A stretch of 64,000 nucleotides of DNA. Origin: Candidatus Latescibacterota bacterium (GTDB lineage Bacteria > Latescibacterota > UBA2968). Every line of letters begins with the position of its first letter. The first letter of the stretch is position 1. The notes under the pieces are model-generated. The model ran no database searches and was not told the origin of the DNA. It saw only the letters and a program-made list of their open reading frames with translations. The stretch is taken from the NCBI GenBank assembly GCA_965208125.1, contig OZ242320.1, positions 352,001-416,000 of the forward strand, written 5' to 3'. Below, one piece after another: positions 41,944-51,877 of this stretch. A program made the translations under genes and the position numbers.

Positions 41944-44025
41944 ATGACAAAAGCAAAACTCAAACGAGAAATCGGCTTACTCGGCGTCTATGCCATAGCA
42001 ACGGGCACGACCTTGAGCGCGGGATTCTTTTTATTGCCGGGTCTGGCTGCTGAACAGGCGGGTGCTGCCATTGTGCTGGCCTATATCGTCGCCGCTACGC
42101 CACTCGTACCCGCGATGTTCAGCATTATTGAACTGGCAACCGCCATGCCCCGTGCGGGTGGCGTGTATTATTTTTTAGACCGGTCACTCGGACCCTGGAT
42201 GGGCACGCTTGGAGGCATTGGCACCTGGCTGGCACTCGTATTAAAAGTATCATTCGCACTCGTGGGCATGGGAGCGTACATCGCGCTTTATGTACCCGAG
42301 TTGCCAATGACCCCCGTAGCCGTCGCAATTGCGGTTGGACTGGGCATACTGAATCTATTGGGCGCACAGAAAAGCGGTGGATTTCAGATGGCATTGGTGC
42401 TGGGTTTGTTGACGATCCTGGGGATATTTATCGGAGGAGGCGTACCTAATATTGAACAGGCGCGATTGGCCGCCATATTCGAGGCAGATACCCAGACGGT
42501 TTTATCCACGGCTGGCCTGGTCTATATCAGTTATGTCGGCGTAACAACCGTAGCGAGTTTATCAGAAGAAGTAAAACATCCCGAGCGCAATTTGCCTCTG
42601 GGCGTCATCTTCTCATTGATTACAGCGGTTCTGGTCTATGCATTGGGCACAGGCGTCATGGTCGGTGTATTGCCACTCGATCAACTGGTAGGTGATTTAA
42701 CACCCGCCGCCTCAGCGGCCAAAGCCGTATTTGGCAATTGGGGAGCGCTTGTCATCTCTCTGGCAGCCCTCCTCGCCTTTACATCGGTCGCCAATGCGGG
42801 AATGCTTTCGGCTTCTCGCTTTCCTCTGGCAATGAGCCGAGACCACATGATGCCGAGACTTTTTCAGCATTTGAATGCAAGAGGCGCACCTGTCCAAGGG
42901 GTATTGGTGACCATGGGCGTAATTGTTTTAATCCTCATCTTTCTCGACCCAACCAAAATTGCCAAATTGGCCAGTGCGTTTCAATTATTGATGTTCGCGC
43001 TGGTATGCCTGGCCGTAATTGTCATGCGCGAAAGCGGATTGGCTTCCTACGACTCGGGATATCATTCACCGCTATATCCGTGGATGCAGTTATTCGGCAT
43101 AGTAGCTTCGTGTACGTTAATCATTGAAATGGGCTGGTTATCGTCTCTATTCTCCCTGGGTCTGATCCTGCTGGGAACAATCTGGTATTTCAAATTTGCC
43201 CGAGACAAGGTCAACCGCGACGGCGCGATTTACCACATGTTTGAACGCTGGGGACAAAAGCGACACACCGGATTGGATGTCGAACTGCGGGGAATTCTAA
43301 AAGAAAAGGGATTGCGCGACGAAGATCCTTTCGAAGAGATCGCGGCGCGAAGTCTGGTCATCGATCTGGATCGTCCGGCTGAATTTGAGGACATAGTTCG
43401 ACAGGTATCGAAATGGTTATCGGGTCGCGTACCACACACCGTAGATGAAATCGAGAAACAATTGCTGGACCGCACGCATATTGGATCGACACCCGTGACG
43501 CACGGCGTGGGATTGCCACATCTGCGAATTGATGGGATTGAACACTGCGAAATGGTCATCGTGCGATCACTGCCGGGCATTCACATCCAGTTTACAGATC
43601 CACTGACCGGTCACGAGGTAGAAACGCAGCTAACCGCGCTCTTTTTCTTATTCAGCCCAGAGCACGACCCCTCACAGCACTTGCGCATTCTGGCACAAAT
43701 TGCGCGACGTGCAGACGATGAAAACTTCTTGCGCGAATGGCACTCTGCCAGCGATGAAGTCGAGTTAAAAGAAGTCCTGTTGCGCGACGAAGCCTTTTTA
43801 TTATTGACATTGCGCCGCGATCGCGCAACCGCCGACCTCATTGGCCGCGCCCTGATCGAGACAGATTTTCCAGAAGGCTGTCTCGTGGCGATGTTGCGCC
43901 GCAGCGGGCGCATGGTAATTCCCCGCGGCAATACCGTACTGCAAGAAAATGATCGATTGACAATTTTGGGAAATAATAAAGGATTGCGCAACCTCGAAGC
44001 GCGATATAGACGAATAGACGAATAG
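41944..44025 (+). CDS. APC amino acid permease fused to PTS EIIA-like and TrkA-C (RCK_C) domains
   Basis: GTTLSAGFFLLPG, EEVKHPERNLP; GSTPVTHGVGLPH; LRRSGRMVIPRGNTVLQENDRL. Confidence 0.85.
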   Translation: MTKAKLKREIGLLGVYAIATGTTLSAGFFLLPGLAAEQAGAAIVLAYIVAATPLVPAMFSIIELATAMPRAGGVYYFLDRSLGPWMGTLGGIGTWLALVLKVSFALVGMGAYIALYVPELPMTPVAVAIAVGLGILNLLGAQKSGGFQMALVLGLLTILGIFIGGGVPNIEQARLAAIFEADTQTVLSTAGLVYISYVGVTTVASLSEEVKHPERNLPLGVIFSLITAVLVYALGTGVMVGVLPLDQLVGDLTPAASAAKAVFGNWGALVISLAALLAFTSVANAGMLSASRFPLAMSRDHMMPRLFQHLNARGAPVQGVLVTMGVIVLILIFLDPTKIAKLASAFQLLMFALVCLAVIVMRESGLASYDSGYHSPLYPWMQLFGIVASCTLIIEMGWLSSLFSLGLILLGTIWYFKFARDKVNRDGAIYHMFERWGQKRHTGLDVELRGILKEKGLRDEDPFEEIAARSLVIDLDRPAEFEDIVRQVSKWLSGRVPHTVDEIEKQLLDRTHIGSTPVTHGVGLPHLRIDGIEHCEMVIVRSLPGIHIQFTDPLTGHEVETQLTALFFLFSPEHDPSQHLRILAQIARRADDENFLREWHSASDEVELKEVLLRDEAFLLLTLRRDRATADLIGRALIETDFPEGCLVAMLRRSGRMVIPRGNTVLQENDRLTILGNNKGLRNLEARYRRIDE

Positions 44026-44088
44026 ACGAATAGACGAACCCCGCCCTACCACCCAAAATCACTACGAGCTTCGATTCGTAGATTCGTT
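44007..44088. repeat. (TAGACGAA)x4, CCCGCCC core, then degenerate (ATTCGTnG) repeats
   Basis: Four perfect octamers at 44007-44038 spanning the permease stop codon. Confidence 0.8.
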
Positions 44089-44126
44089 GACGAACTGCCG
44101 GCGCAGTTGTACACCATTCCGCCCGA

Positions 44127-45698
44127 TCACCCGTAGAGACGGCCAACGGTCTCGGGATGTTTGCGAGCATCGCGCATGAGGCGATTGCCCCAGGTTGTGG
44201 GATATTTGCCCGTGACACATCCCAGACACAGGGTATCTGTTTCGCACCCAATGCTGGAACCCAGATCGGGAACATCGAGGTATCTCAGGCTATCGACATC
44301 GAGATCGATAGCCATTTTTTTTAGCGTTTGTGCGCTGGGCAGACCGCGGTATCGCACAGGGACATGTTCGGGAGCAAAAAGTTCGTCCAGGGTGGACATA
44401 TCAATACCGTAAAAACACGGCGCAACAATGGGCGGACAGGCCACGCGCACATGTACCTCGGTCGCGCCGCCGATATCGCGCACCTGATGGGCAAGGGTGC
44501 GAAGCGTGAGGGAGCGCACGATAGAATCTTCCACGAGGAAAACGCGTTTACCCGATAAAACAGAAGCCAATGACGTGTACTTGCTTTTAGCACTCTGCGA
44601 GCGGGTGGTTTTGGGCTGGATAAAAGTGCGCCCCACATAGCGATTGCGGATCACGCCTTCCATACAGGGCATATTCAAGTGATGAGCATAGGCATCGGCC
44701 GCGGCTTTAGCCGTATCGGGAACGGGCACAACCACACATGAATCGTCGATTTTCTGGTTTTCTTTCTCGGCCAAAATACGACCGGCCTCAGCGCGAGAAG
44801 TATAAACGCTGAGGCCGTCAATTTCACTGGCAACATTGGAAAAATAAACCCATTCAAAAAAGCAACGAGCTGTTTTTTTCGGTTCCGTATAGCACGCAAC
44901 GCGCAGGTCGCCATTTTCGACAATCACCATTTCGCCGGGTTTGAGCCATTTGATATCGCTAAAACCGAGATTAGAAAGAGCAGTTGATTCATTGGCTGCG
45001 GCAAAGAGACGGCCTTTCACCCCCCAGCACATGGGATGCAAACCGAGCGGATCGCGCGAGACGAACATGCGCCCCGAGGCGTCGAGAAATGCGATATTAT
45101 AAGCACCGTCAAAATCGCGAGAAAGCGAACGCATCACATCGGCCAGATCGGGTGGATTTTCACCCTTCAACCGATACGCCAGAGTATGCATGATAATTTC
45201 GGTATCGATATTGAGGGTAAAATGATACCCCTGCTTGGACAACAGGCGTTCGCGCAACAGCGTGTAATTGGCCAGATTGCCATTAAAAGCCAGACTAAAC
45301 CATTTCCAAATACGCCCGTGCTGTCGTTCAAAGGGCTGTGCGTAGCGCACATCGTCTTCACCACTCGTGGCATAGCGCGTGTGTCCAATCGCAGCAATCC
45401 CCGCATATTGGTTGATAATAGACTGGAATTTGCCTGGATGCGACATGCGGAAGGCTTCGGTAACGCCGCCCAGATCTTTAAAAGTGCGCAAAAGTTGATC
45501 GCGGTTGGGGTGATAAGAGCAATACCCCGCAGCGAGTTGCCCCCTGTTTTGAAGGTCGAGCAACATACCCGGCATAAGTGATGCAACATTTTCAAAGCCT
45601 GTACCGCAGTGATTCGATGCGGTATCATCGGCATTGCCGTTTTCCCTGAGCCAGTAGAGGGCTGCCACGCCGCATTCGTGACCAATATCTTCGCTCAT
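44127..45698 (-). CDS. purF: Amidophosphoribosyltransferase
   Basis: Propeptide then HECG, GHTRYAT, NGNL, CFFEWVYF, NRYVGRTFI, EDSIVRS, PCFYGIDM. Confidence 0.93.
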   Translation of the reverse strand: MSEDIGHECGVAALYWLRENGNADDTASNHCGTGFENVASLMPGMLLDLQNRGQLAAGYCSYHPNRDQLLRTFKDLGGVTEAFRMSHPGKFQSIINQYAGIAAIGHTRYATSGEDDVRYAQPFERQHGRIWKWFSLAFNGNLANYTLLRERLLSKQGYHFTLNIDTEIIMHTLAYRLKGENPPDLADVMRSLSRDFDGAYNIAFLDASGRMFVSRDPLGLHPMCWGVKGRLFAAANESTALSNLGFSDIKWLKPGEMVIVENGDLRVACYTEPKKTARCFFEWVYFSNVASEIDGLSVYTSRAEAGRILAEKENQKIDDSCVVVPVPDTAKAAADAYAHHLNMPCMEGVIRNRYVGRTFIQPKTTRSQSAKSKYTSLASVLSGKRVFLVEDSIVRSLTLRTLAHQVRDIGGATEVHVRVACPPIVAPCFYGIDMSTLDELFAPEHVPVRYRGLPSAQTLKKMAIDLDVDSLRYLDVPDLGSSIGCETDTLCLGCVTGKYPTTWGNRLMRDARKHPETVGRLYG

Positions 45699-45707
45699 AA
45701 AAATCTC

Positions 45708-46811
45708 CTATCCCAATGCCTGATTCTGCATATAATGAATCCCCGCAACGATTTCCTCGCGCGTCACATCATCTCGCGGCACAATTTTTCCAATCCGCTC
45801 CGGCAATACAAAGCGGATGACACCGTCCCGCGCTTTCTTATCGCTTGCCATTCGCTCCAACACCTCATCGACCTTCAAATCGGGCACGCCTTTGGGGATA
45901 CCCAGGCGGGCAATAAGTGCATTTTGCCGCTCAAATGCCTCCCGCGGCCACATCCCCTTTTGCACCGCGATATACCCTGCGGCCAGCATTCCCAAACACA
46001 CCGCCTCGCCGTGTTTGTAATAATCATAATGCGTCACTACTTCCAGCGCGTGTCCCACCGTATGGCCGTAATTCAAAATTTCGCGCAAGCCCTTCTCGGT
46101 TTCATCGGCAGCCACAACACCCGCCTTGATGCGACACTGTTGGGCGACGAGCCAATTGATCTGATCCGCAGGCAGGCTTAAATTTGCCGCGCCCTCAATA
46201 CAATCTTCCAAAAACGCCACCAGACCGGGATCGCGTATGATCCCGTGCTTAATCACCTCTGCCATACCCGCCCGCACTTCGCGTTTGGGTAAAGTATCAA
46301 GTGTAGCCGTATCGATCAACACCAACTTTGGCTGGTGAAAAGCACCGATCATGTTCTTTCCCAAAACGTGATCCACGGCTGTTTTGCCCCCCACACTGGC
46401 ATCGACCTGTGCTTCCAGCGTCGTGGGCACCTGCACAAAATCAATCCCCCTCAAATACGTCGCAGCGACAAAACCTCCCATATCGCCGACCACACCACCG
46501 CCCAATGTCACAACACAGGATTTCCTATCCAATCCCGCCGCGATCAAATCGCCATATATCTGCGAGGCCGTCTCAAGCGTCTTGTATTGCTCCCCATCGG
46601 GCACAGTTACGACCACAACCTTCACACCGGCGCGCGCGAGACTCTGCTGAACCGCATCGAGATAGAGCGCGGCAACCGTCGGATTGGTCACAATCGCCGC
46701 TGTTTCTCCCAACCCGCGTTCCGCATACAAATCCCCCAAATCGCGCAAACAATCGCGACCAATTAAAATATCGTAACTTCGATCACCTAAATCAACCGTC
46801 ACCGTTTCCAT
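45708..46811 (-). CDS. aroB: 3-dehydroquinate synthase
   Basis: GGGVVGD, VPTTL..QVDASVGGKT, LNYGHT.GHALE, KHGEAV. Confidence 0.96.
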   Translation of the reverse strand: METVTVDLGDRSYDILIGRDCLRDLGDLYAERGLGETAAIVTNPTVAALYLDAVQQSLARAGVKVVVVTVPDGEQYKTLETASQIYGDLIAAGLDRKSCVVTLGGGVVGDMGGFVAATYLRGIDFVQVPTTLEAQVDASVGGKTAVDHVLGKNMIGAFHQPKLVLIDTATLDTLPKREVRAGMAEVIKHGIIRDPGLVAFLEDCIEGAANLSLPADQINWLVAQQCRIKAGVVAADETEKGLREILNYGHTVGHALEVVTHYDYYKHGEAVCLGMLAAGYIAVQKGMWPREAFERQNALIARLGIPKGVPDLKVDEVLERMASDKKARDGVIRFVLPERIGKIVPRDDVTREEIVAGIHYMQNQALG

Positions 46812-46825
46812 CACACCTTCCTTGG

Positions 46826-47101
46826 CTACGGAAATATCCTGTAAATATCTCTTCGATGAGCAATACGTTGGCATATAATCACCCTGTTTTCCCGTTCAAC
46901 CGCGATCCCTATACGATAATTGCCAATGCGGATCTTATATTTGTCTCGGTATCCCTTCATGCTTTCGATATATCCTAATTGAAAGGGGTTAGTTGAAGAA
47001 AGTTGATGAAATACAATGGCTTCTGCTCGTTTTTGAATATGTTCGGGAAGGCGTGCCAGTTCCCTCAAAAATCTCTCCGTATAATCAACTCTCCAGTTCA
47101 T
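46826..47101 (-). CDS. Type II toxin, RelE/ParE family
   Basis: YKIRIGNYRIG, HRRDIYR; 91 aa. Confidence 0.88.
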   Translation of the reverse strand: MNWRVDYTERFLRELARLPEHIQKRAEAIVFHQLSSTNPFQLGYIESMKGYRDKYKIRIGNYRIGIAVERENRVIICQRIAHRRDIYRIFP

Positions 47102-47294
47102 TTTTCAGTGACCGATAGTGTTGGTATGCTTCTTCTCCTGTGAGACAAGGCTCATCTTGGACTTCATCCATCAGGCGTGAGAGACCGTAATTTTCAATGA
47201 TCTCTTCGATGCGCTCAAATTCCGCAAGCGGAATCTGCACAGCGATTGGATTTTGGTTTTCATCGAGAACGTAATTTTTGTGTATTTCCAACAT
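47085..47294 (-). CDS. Cognate antitoxin of the RelE-like toxin
   Basis: Small acidic protein (YVLDENQNPIAVQIP) overlapping the toxin start; RBS GAGGAGG. Confidence 0.75.
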   Translation of the reverse strand: MLEIHKNYVLDENQNPIAVQIPLAEFERIEEIIENYGLSRLMDEVQDEPCLTGEEAYQHYRSLKNELES

Positions 47295-47311
47295 TTTTAC
47301 CTCCTCATTGT

Positions 47312-47872
47312 TCATCCCTGTTTATCAGTGGTTCTAAAAACACTCTGTAATTCAATCAATGCTGTCTCTGCTGTATCTTCGGGCGTGTGATCATTTGTCG
47401 AGGTTGCAAACGCATCTGCACGCGCATAAAAACGCTCTCGCTCTGCCATCATCACCTCAATTTTGTTTTTCAAACTCTCATCATCCAGCCTGGCCAGCAA
47501 GGGCCTTTCATCGCGCTTGCGGCTGACCCGTTCAAAAATCGTATCGACAGAAGCGCGAAAACAAATACAAACGCCTGTCTTGCGAATAACCGCCCAATTT
47601 CGCTCCTGCGTAATAGCACCACCGCCGAGAGAAACGACCACATTGCTCATCTTCGATGCCACGACAACTGCCTGGTGTTCCAACTGGCGAAATGCGGTCT
47701 CACCGTCTTGTTCAAAAATCTCGGGAATAGTTTTCCCAGCAGCATCGACCAGCAATTCATCTGTATCGACAAAGGTCCGCTTCAACCACCCGGCCAAAAT
47801 GCGCCCGACTCTGGTTTTCCCAGTAGCCATAAAACCGGTGAGGAATATGGGTTTATCAGGTAGATCAAACAC
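47312..47872 (-). CDS. aroK: Shikimate kinase
   Basis: GFMATGKT, DTD, GETAFR, GGG, RPLL. Confidence 0.95.
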   Translation of the reverse strand: MFDLPDKPIFLTGFMATGKTRVGRILAGWLKRTFVDTDELLVDAAGKTIPEIFEQDGETAFRQLEHQAVVVASKMSNVVVSLGGGAITQERNWAVIRKTGVCICFRASVDTIFERVSRKRDERPLLARLDDESLKNKIEVMMAERERFYARADAFATSTNDHTPEDTAETALIELQSVFRTTDKQG

Positions 47873-47894
47873 AGCACTCTTCCACTATACGGTA

Positions 47895-49601
47895 TCACAT
47901 CTGTTCTGGCGTTTTCATCCCCAGCAAAGTTAGGCCCGATGCCAGCACCGTCTTAATCGCATAAACCAGTGCAACGCGGGCAGCCGTCAAATCCGCTTGT
48001 TCAGAAATAACCTGATGGGCATTGTAAAACCGATTGGCGACCGTACACAATTCAATCATAAGCGTTGTCACGACAGAGGGTTCGTATTCGTCTGCAGCTT
48101 TTTGAATCTGCCCTGGAAATCGCGCAAGACACTTGACGACCTCAATGGCTTCTGGCTCATTTAACAACGCGAAGTCGATATCCCTCGGCGGCAAAGTACC
48201 GTCATAACGCCGCAACACACTGCAATATCGCGCGTGGGTATATTGCAAATATGGACCGGTTTCGCCGTTGAAATTTAAAACCTCGTCCCAATCAAACACA
48301 ATATCGCGCGTCCGTTTGGAATCCAGATCCGCAAAAATAATCGCACCAATGCCCACATCTCGTGCAATCTGATCACTATTGGGCAAATCGGGATTCTTAT
48401 CGGCAATAATTTTTTGCGTCAACTCAATCGCGCGATTCAGCACATCTTCCAAAAAAACCACATTGCCCCTGCGCGTTGAGGCTCCAGTGCCATCTTTGAA
48501 TCGCAGCCGCCCAAATTGCACATGCGCGCATTTTTCTCGCCAGTCGTATTCCATCAATTCCAACACCTGAAACAACTGGCGAAAATACAGCGATTGCGCC
48601 ACATCCACCACATAGAGCAATTTTTCAAAACGATATGTTTCCCACCGATACTCCAGCGCAGCCAAATCGCGCGTACCGTATAATGTCGCATCGTCGCTAC
48701 GCAATGCGATCAAAGGCGGCATATCCCATTTTTCCAAATCCACAATGGTCGCGCCCTCACTCTCAGTCAGCAACCCCTTTGCCTGCAATCGATCCAATGT
48801 CGCGGGCATCTTATCCTGATAAAAACTCTCTCCGGCAATCGACTCAAACCCAATGCCCAGCATATCGTAAACGCGATCAAACTCCTTAAAACTCACATCC
48901 ACGCACACCTGCCACATCCGCACGGCTTCTTCATCGCCGTCTTCGAGGCGGCGAAACCAATCGCGGGCTTCTTGTTCGAGTTCGGGATTGTCTTCGATCT
49001 CCTCGTTAATGCGAACATAGAGTTCCAGCAACTTCTGAATGGTAATATCCGCCGTCAATTCGCCCTCACCCCAGTAATTCCACGCCAGAATCAATTTCGC
49101 AAACTGGGATCCCCAATCGCCCAGATGATTCACCCCAACCACTTCGTAGCCCAACGCCCGATAAATATTTCGCAAGGCATTGCCAATCACCGTTGACCGC
49201 AGATGGTGAATGCCAAATGGCTTGGCAATGTTGGGATGCGAAAAATCGATCACAACCGTCTTCCCAACACCACGATCTCCGCGCCCGTAATCCGTACCCT
49301 GTTCGAGAATCGCCGAGAGTGTTTCGCCAACCAAATTGGTCTTCGGCACAAAAAAATTGAGATACGGACCTGCGGGACGCACCTCTGAAATTCTATCACC
49401 CGTCGCAATTTGTGTACATAGCTCTTCGGCAATAAGATGGGGTGCTTTGCGAAAAATTTTGGCCAATGCAAAACACGGCAAAGCGTAATCACCCATCTCG
49501 GATTTTGGTGGCGTTTCGATCAGCGCCCTCACATCGCCACAAGACATCTCTATTGCTTTTGACACCTGCAATACAATTTCTTCGATAAAAGGATTGACCA
49601 T
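47895..49601 (-). CDS. argS: Arginine--tRNA ligase
   Basis: DFSHPNIAKPFGIHHLRST, HLGDWG, STRRG, GETGPYLQYTHAR. Confidence 0.96.
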   Translation of the reverse strand: MVNPFIEEIVLQVSKAIEMSCGDVRALIETPPKSEMGDYALPCFALAKIFRKAPHLIAEELCTQIATGDRISEVRPAGPYLNFFVPKTNLVGETLSAILEQGTDYGRGDRGVGKTVVIDFSHPNIAKPFGIHHLRSTVIGNALRNIYRALGYEVVGVNHLGDWGSQFAKLILAWNYWGEGELTADITIQKLLELYVRINEEIEDNPELEQEARDWFRRLEDGDEEAVRMWQVCVDVSFKEFDRVYDMLGIGFESIAGESFYQDKMPATLDRLQAKGLLTESEGATIVDLEKWDMPPLIALRSDDATLYGTRDLAALEYRWETYRFEKLLYVVDVAQSLYFRQLFQVLELMEYDWREKCAHVQFGRLRFKDGTGASTRRGNVVFLEDVLNRAIELTQKIIADKNPDLPNSDQIARDVGIGAIIFADLDSKRTRDIVFDWDEVLNFNGETGPYLQYTHARYCSVLRRYDGTLPPRDIDFALLNEPEAIEVVKCLARFPGQIQKAADEYEPSVVTTLMIELCTVANRFYNAHQVISEQADLTAARVALVYAIKTVLASGLTLLGMKTPEQM

Positions 49602-49626
49602 AAAAGACTACCTCTCCTCCTGTTCC

Positions 49627-50091
49627 CTATTTCAAAATATCCAAATCCAAAATTTTCTGTACATCGGCCTTCACTTGCGCGGGCACGCGAAACCGATAGC
49701 TCTTGCGTTGAGAAATGAGTTCCAAATCGCGCTCTGTGCGCCACACATATCTCGAAAAACGCTGCCAGGGCATGTAGCGCATACCCATCAGCAATCCGCG
49801 CGTGCTCATGGTCACGCGAATAGTAGCATACGCGATATAAAAAAACTCGAGAGAAAGCAAAAAGCCGAACAATTGCGGCACGAATCCCACACCATCTGAG
49901 ATCGCAGCCCCTCGAAACAGCACAATCCCTCCCGTCACAATCAAAAGCACATCCCATCGCTTTTGCAAAAAAACCACCACAGGCTCCTGCGCATTGGACA
50001 CATGACGCCGCAATCGCCAATAGGCCACAATAGACGCGCCCAATAAAACGGGAGCGAGAATCAACACAATTTGTATAAGTGTCAAAGACAT
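49627..50091 (-). CDS. Hypothetical membrane protein (three TM plus PH-like tail)
   Basis: Starts 1 nt after the ubiE stop; hydrophobic segments. Confidence 0.6.
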   Translation of the reverse strand: MSLTLIQIVLILAPVLLGASIVAYWRLRRHVSNAQEPVVVFLQKRWDVLLIVTGGIVLFRGAAISDGVGFVPQLFGFLLSLEFFYIAYATIRVTMSTRGLLMGMRYMPWQRFSRYVWRTERDLELISQRKSYRFRVPAQVKADVQKILDLDILK

Positions 50092-50092
50092 G

Positions 50093-50854
50093 TTACGTTT
50101 TCGACGCCAGATAAATGGTTGCAATCCCAAAGCTCAACCGAACCGCCTGTATATCGACAAATCCTGCTTCAAATAACCAATCACAAAAATCATCACCTTC
50201 GGGAAAACGCATCACAGATTCGTACAAATAGCGGTAGGCATTCGGATCGCGGGAGACCATGTGTCCAATACGAGGCAAAATACGTTGAAAATAAAAATTG
50301 TAAAGGCCGCGGAACACAGGGATTCGCGGCCTTGAAAACTCCAGCACAGCCACACGCCCACCCACCTTGAGCACGCGGCACATCTCGCTCAGGGCCGTTT
50401 CCAATTCGGCCACATTGCGAATGCCAAATCCGATTGTCACGCCGTCAAATGTCTCCTCACCAAAGGGGAGACTCTCCCCATCGCCACACAAAAACGCGAC
50501 CGGATTTGCTCGCGATGCATTTTTTTTTGCGCCCTCGCGCAACATCGGCATTGAAGGATCGACACCGATCACCTGAATATTGCCAGCGCGCTTGCCGCAT
50601 TCAAACCCCAAATCGCCCGTACCCGTAGCCAGGTCTAAAATGCGCCAGTTTGGCCCGGGTCGCAATCGGTCAACAGTCTTTTTTCGCCAAACAATATCAA
50701 CGCCCATGCTCAACAGGTGGTTGAGCAAATCGTATCTGCGGGCAATTCCGTCGAACATCTGACGCACAAAAGCGCGCTTGGCTTCTGGTTCGAGCAACAC
50801 ATCGCGCGCGATACCCGCAGGATTTTTAGGGCTATGCCTGTGTTCACCTCTCAT
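50093..50854 (-). CDS. ubiE: Ubiquinone/menaquinone C-methyltransferase
   Basis: MFDGIARRYDLLNHLLS, LDLATGTGD, FGIRNV, RVLKVGG, YRYLYES. Confidence 0.93.
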   Translation of the reverse strand: MRGEHRHSPKNPAGIARDVLLEPEAKRAFVRQMFDGIARRYDLLNHLLSMGVDIVWRKKTVDRLRPGPNWRILDLATGTGDLGFECGKRAGNIQVIGVDPSMPMLREGAKKNASRANPVAFLCGDGESLPFGEETFDGVTIGFGIRNVAELETALSEMCRVLKVGGRVAVLEFSRPRIPVFRGLYNFYFQRILPRIGHMVSRDPNAYRYLYESVMRFPEGDDFCDWLFEAGFVDIQAVRLSFGIATIYLASKT

Positions 50855-51722
50855 TTTTTGTGCCGACCCGTTTGACAACGACATCTTTCATCACATCAGT
50901 CGGTGGCTCAACACCCGTCCAGATCGCAAAAGAACGCGCGCCTTGAAAAACCAGCATATCCAGTCCACCAAAAGCCGGTGCGCCAACCGACTGAAACGCG
51001 CGCATCAACTGCGTTTCCAGCGGATTGAACACCGTATCATAGAGCACCAAATCCGGATGGACAGCGCGTGCATCGGCAAGGGGTGAGGCATTGACCTCGG
51101 GATACATCCCCAGCGAAGTGGTATTCACAACCACGCCCGCATCGACAAACGCCCTGCACTGCGCATCGGCATCCAGCGCGCCCACATTCATTTTTGTACC
51201 TGTTATTTTTTCCATATCCAGCGCCAGCGCCTCTGCGCGCTTAACCGTGCGATTCAAAATTGTCACCCGCTGCACCTCGTCTTGCGTCCCCAGCGCATAC
51301 GCCACAGCGCGGGCCGCTCCACCTGCGCCGAGCACCACACAATGCGCGGGAAATGTCTCAACCCCCGCAATATCGCGCAATGCCCTCAAGACGCCATAGA
51401 CATCCGTATTGTATCCGACCAACTCATCTTCTTCGCGCGAAATAGTATTAACCGCCCCCACGGCCAGCGCTTCGGCTGAAATGCGGTCCATGTGTTCCAT
51501 CACCGCCAGCTTGTGCGGAATAGTTACATTTAACCCGCGAATATTCAACCCGCGCAACCCCTTCATCGCCTCGCCCACGCGGTCGGGCAACACGTGAAAA
51601 GCCACATAACAATAATCCACATCTAATGCGGCGATCGCGGCATTGTGCATATCGGGAGAAAACGAATGAGCCACCGGGTCGCCAATAACGCCCAGCACCT
51701 GACTTGTTGCGCGAATACTCAT
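50844..51722 (-). CDS. aroE: Shikimate dehydrogenase
   Basis: GDPVAHSFSP, NVTIPHK, GAVNT, NTD, GAGGAA, GLDMLVFQG. Confidence 0.95.
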   Translation of the reverse strand: MSIRATSQVLGVIGDPVAHSFSPDMHNAAIAALDVDYCYVAFHVLPDRVGEAMKGLRGLNIRGLNVTIPHKLAVMEHMDRISAEALAVGAVNTISREEDELVGYNTDVYGVLRALRDIAGVETFPAHCVVLGAGGAARAVAYALGTQDEVQRVTILNRTVKRAEALALDMEKITGTKMNVGALDADAQCRAFVDAGVVVNTTSLGMYPEVNASPLADARAVHPDLVLYDTVFNPLETQLMRAFQSVGAPAFGGLDMLVFQGARSFAIWTGVEPPTDVMKDVVVKRVGTKNER

Positions 51723-51877
51723 CAAGACCTTCGATTGCCATCCAGCAAATCATTCACAAACTCATCAGCGATATCAAAACTCTCTCTCCACGAGCAACCA
51801 TACGTATAGCGTATAAATGCCACACCGCCCAGGATCATCAAAATCGCAAAGAGCGCGAGCTTAAAAAGTATCTTCAT
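51722..51877 (-). CDS. 51-aa membrane-anchored protein
   Basis: MKILFKLALFAILMILGGVAFIRY...; ATGA overlap upstream and TGATG overlap with aroE. Confidence 0.7.
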   Translation of the reverse strand: MKILFKLALFAILMILGGVAFIRYTYGCSWRESFDIADEFVNDLLDGNRRS

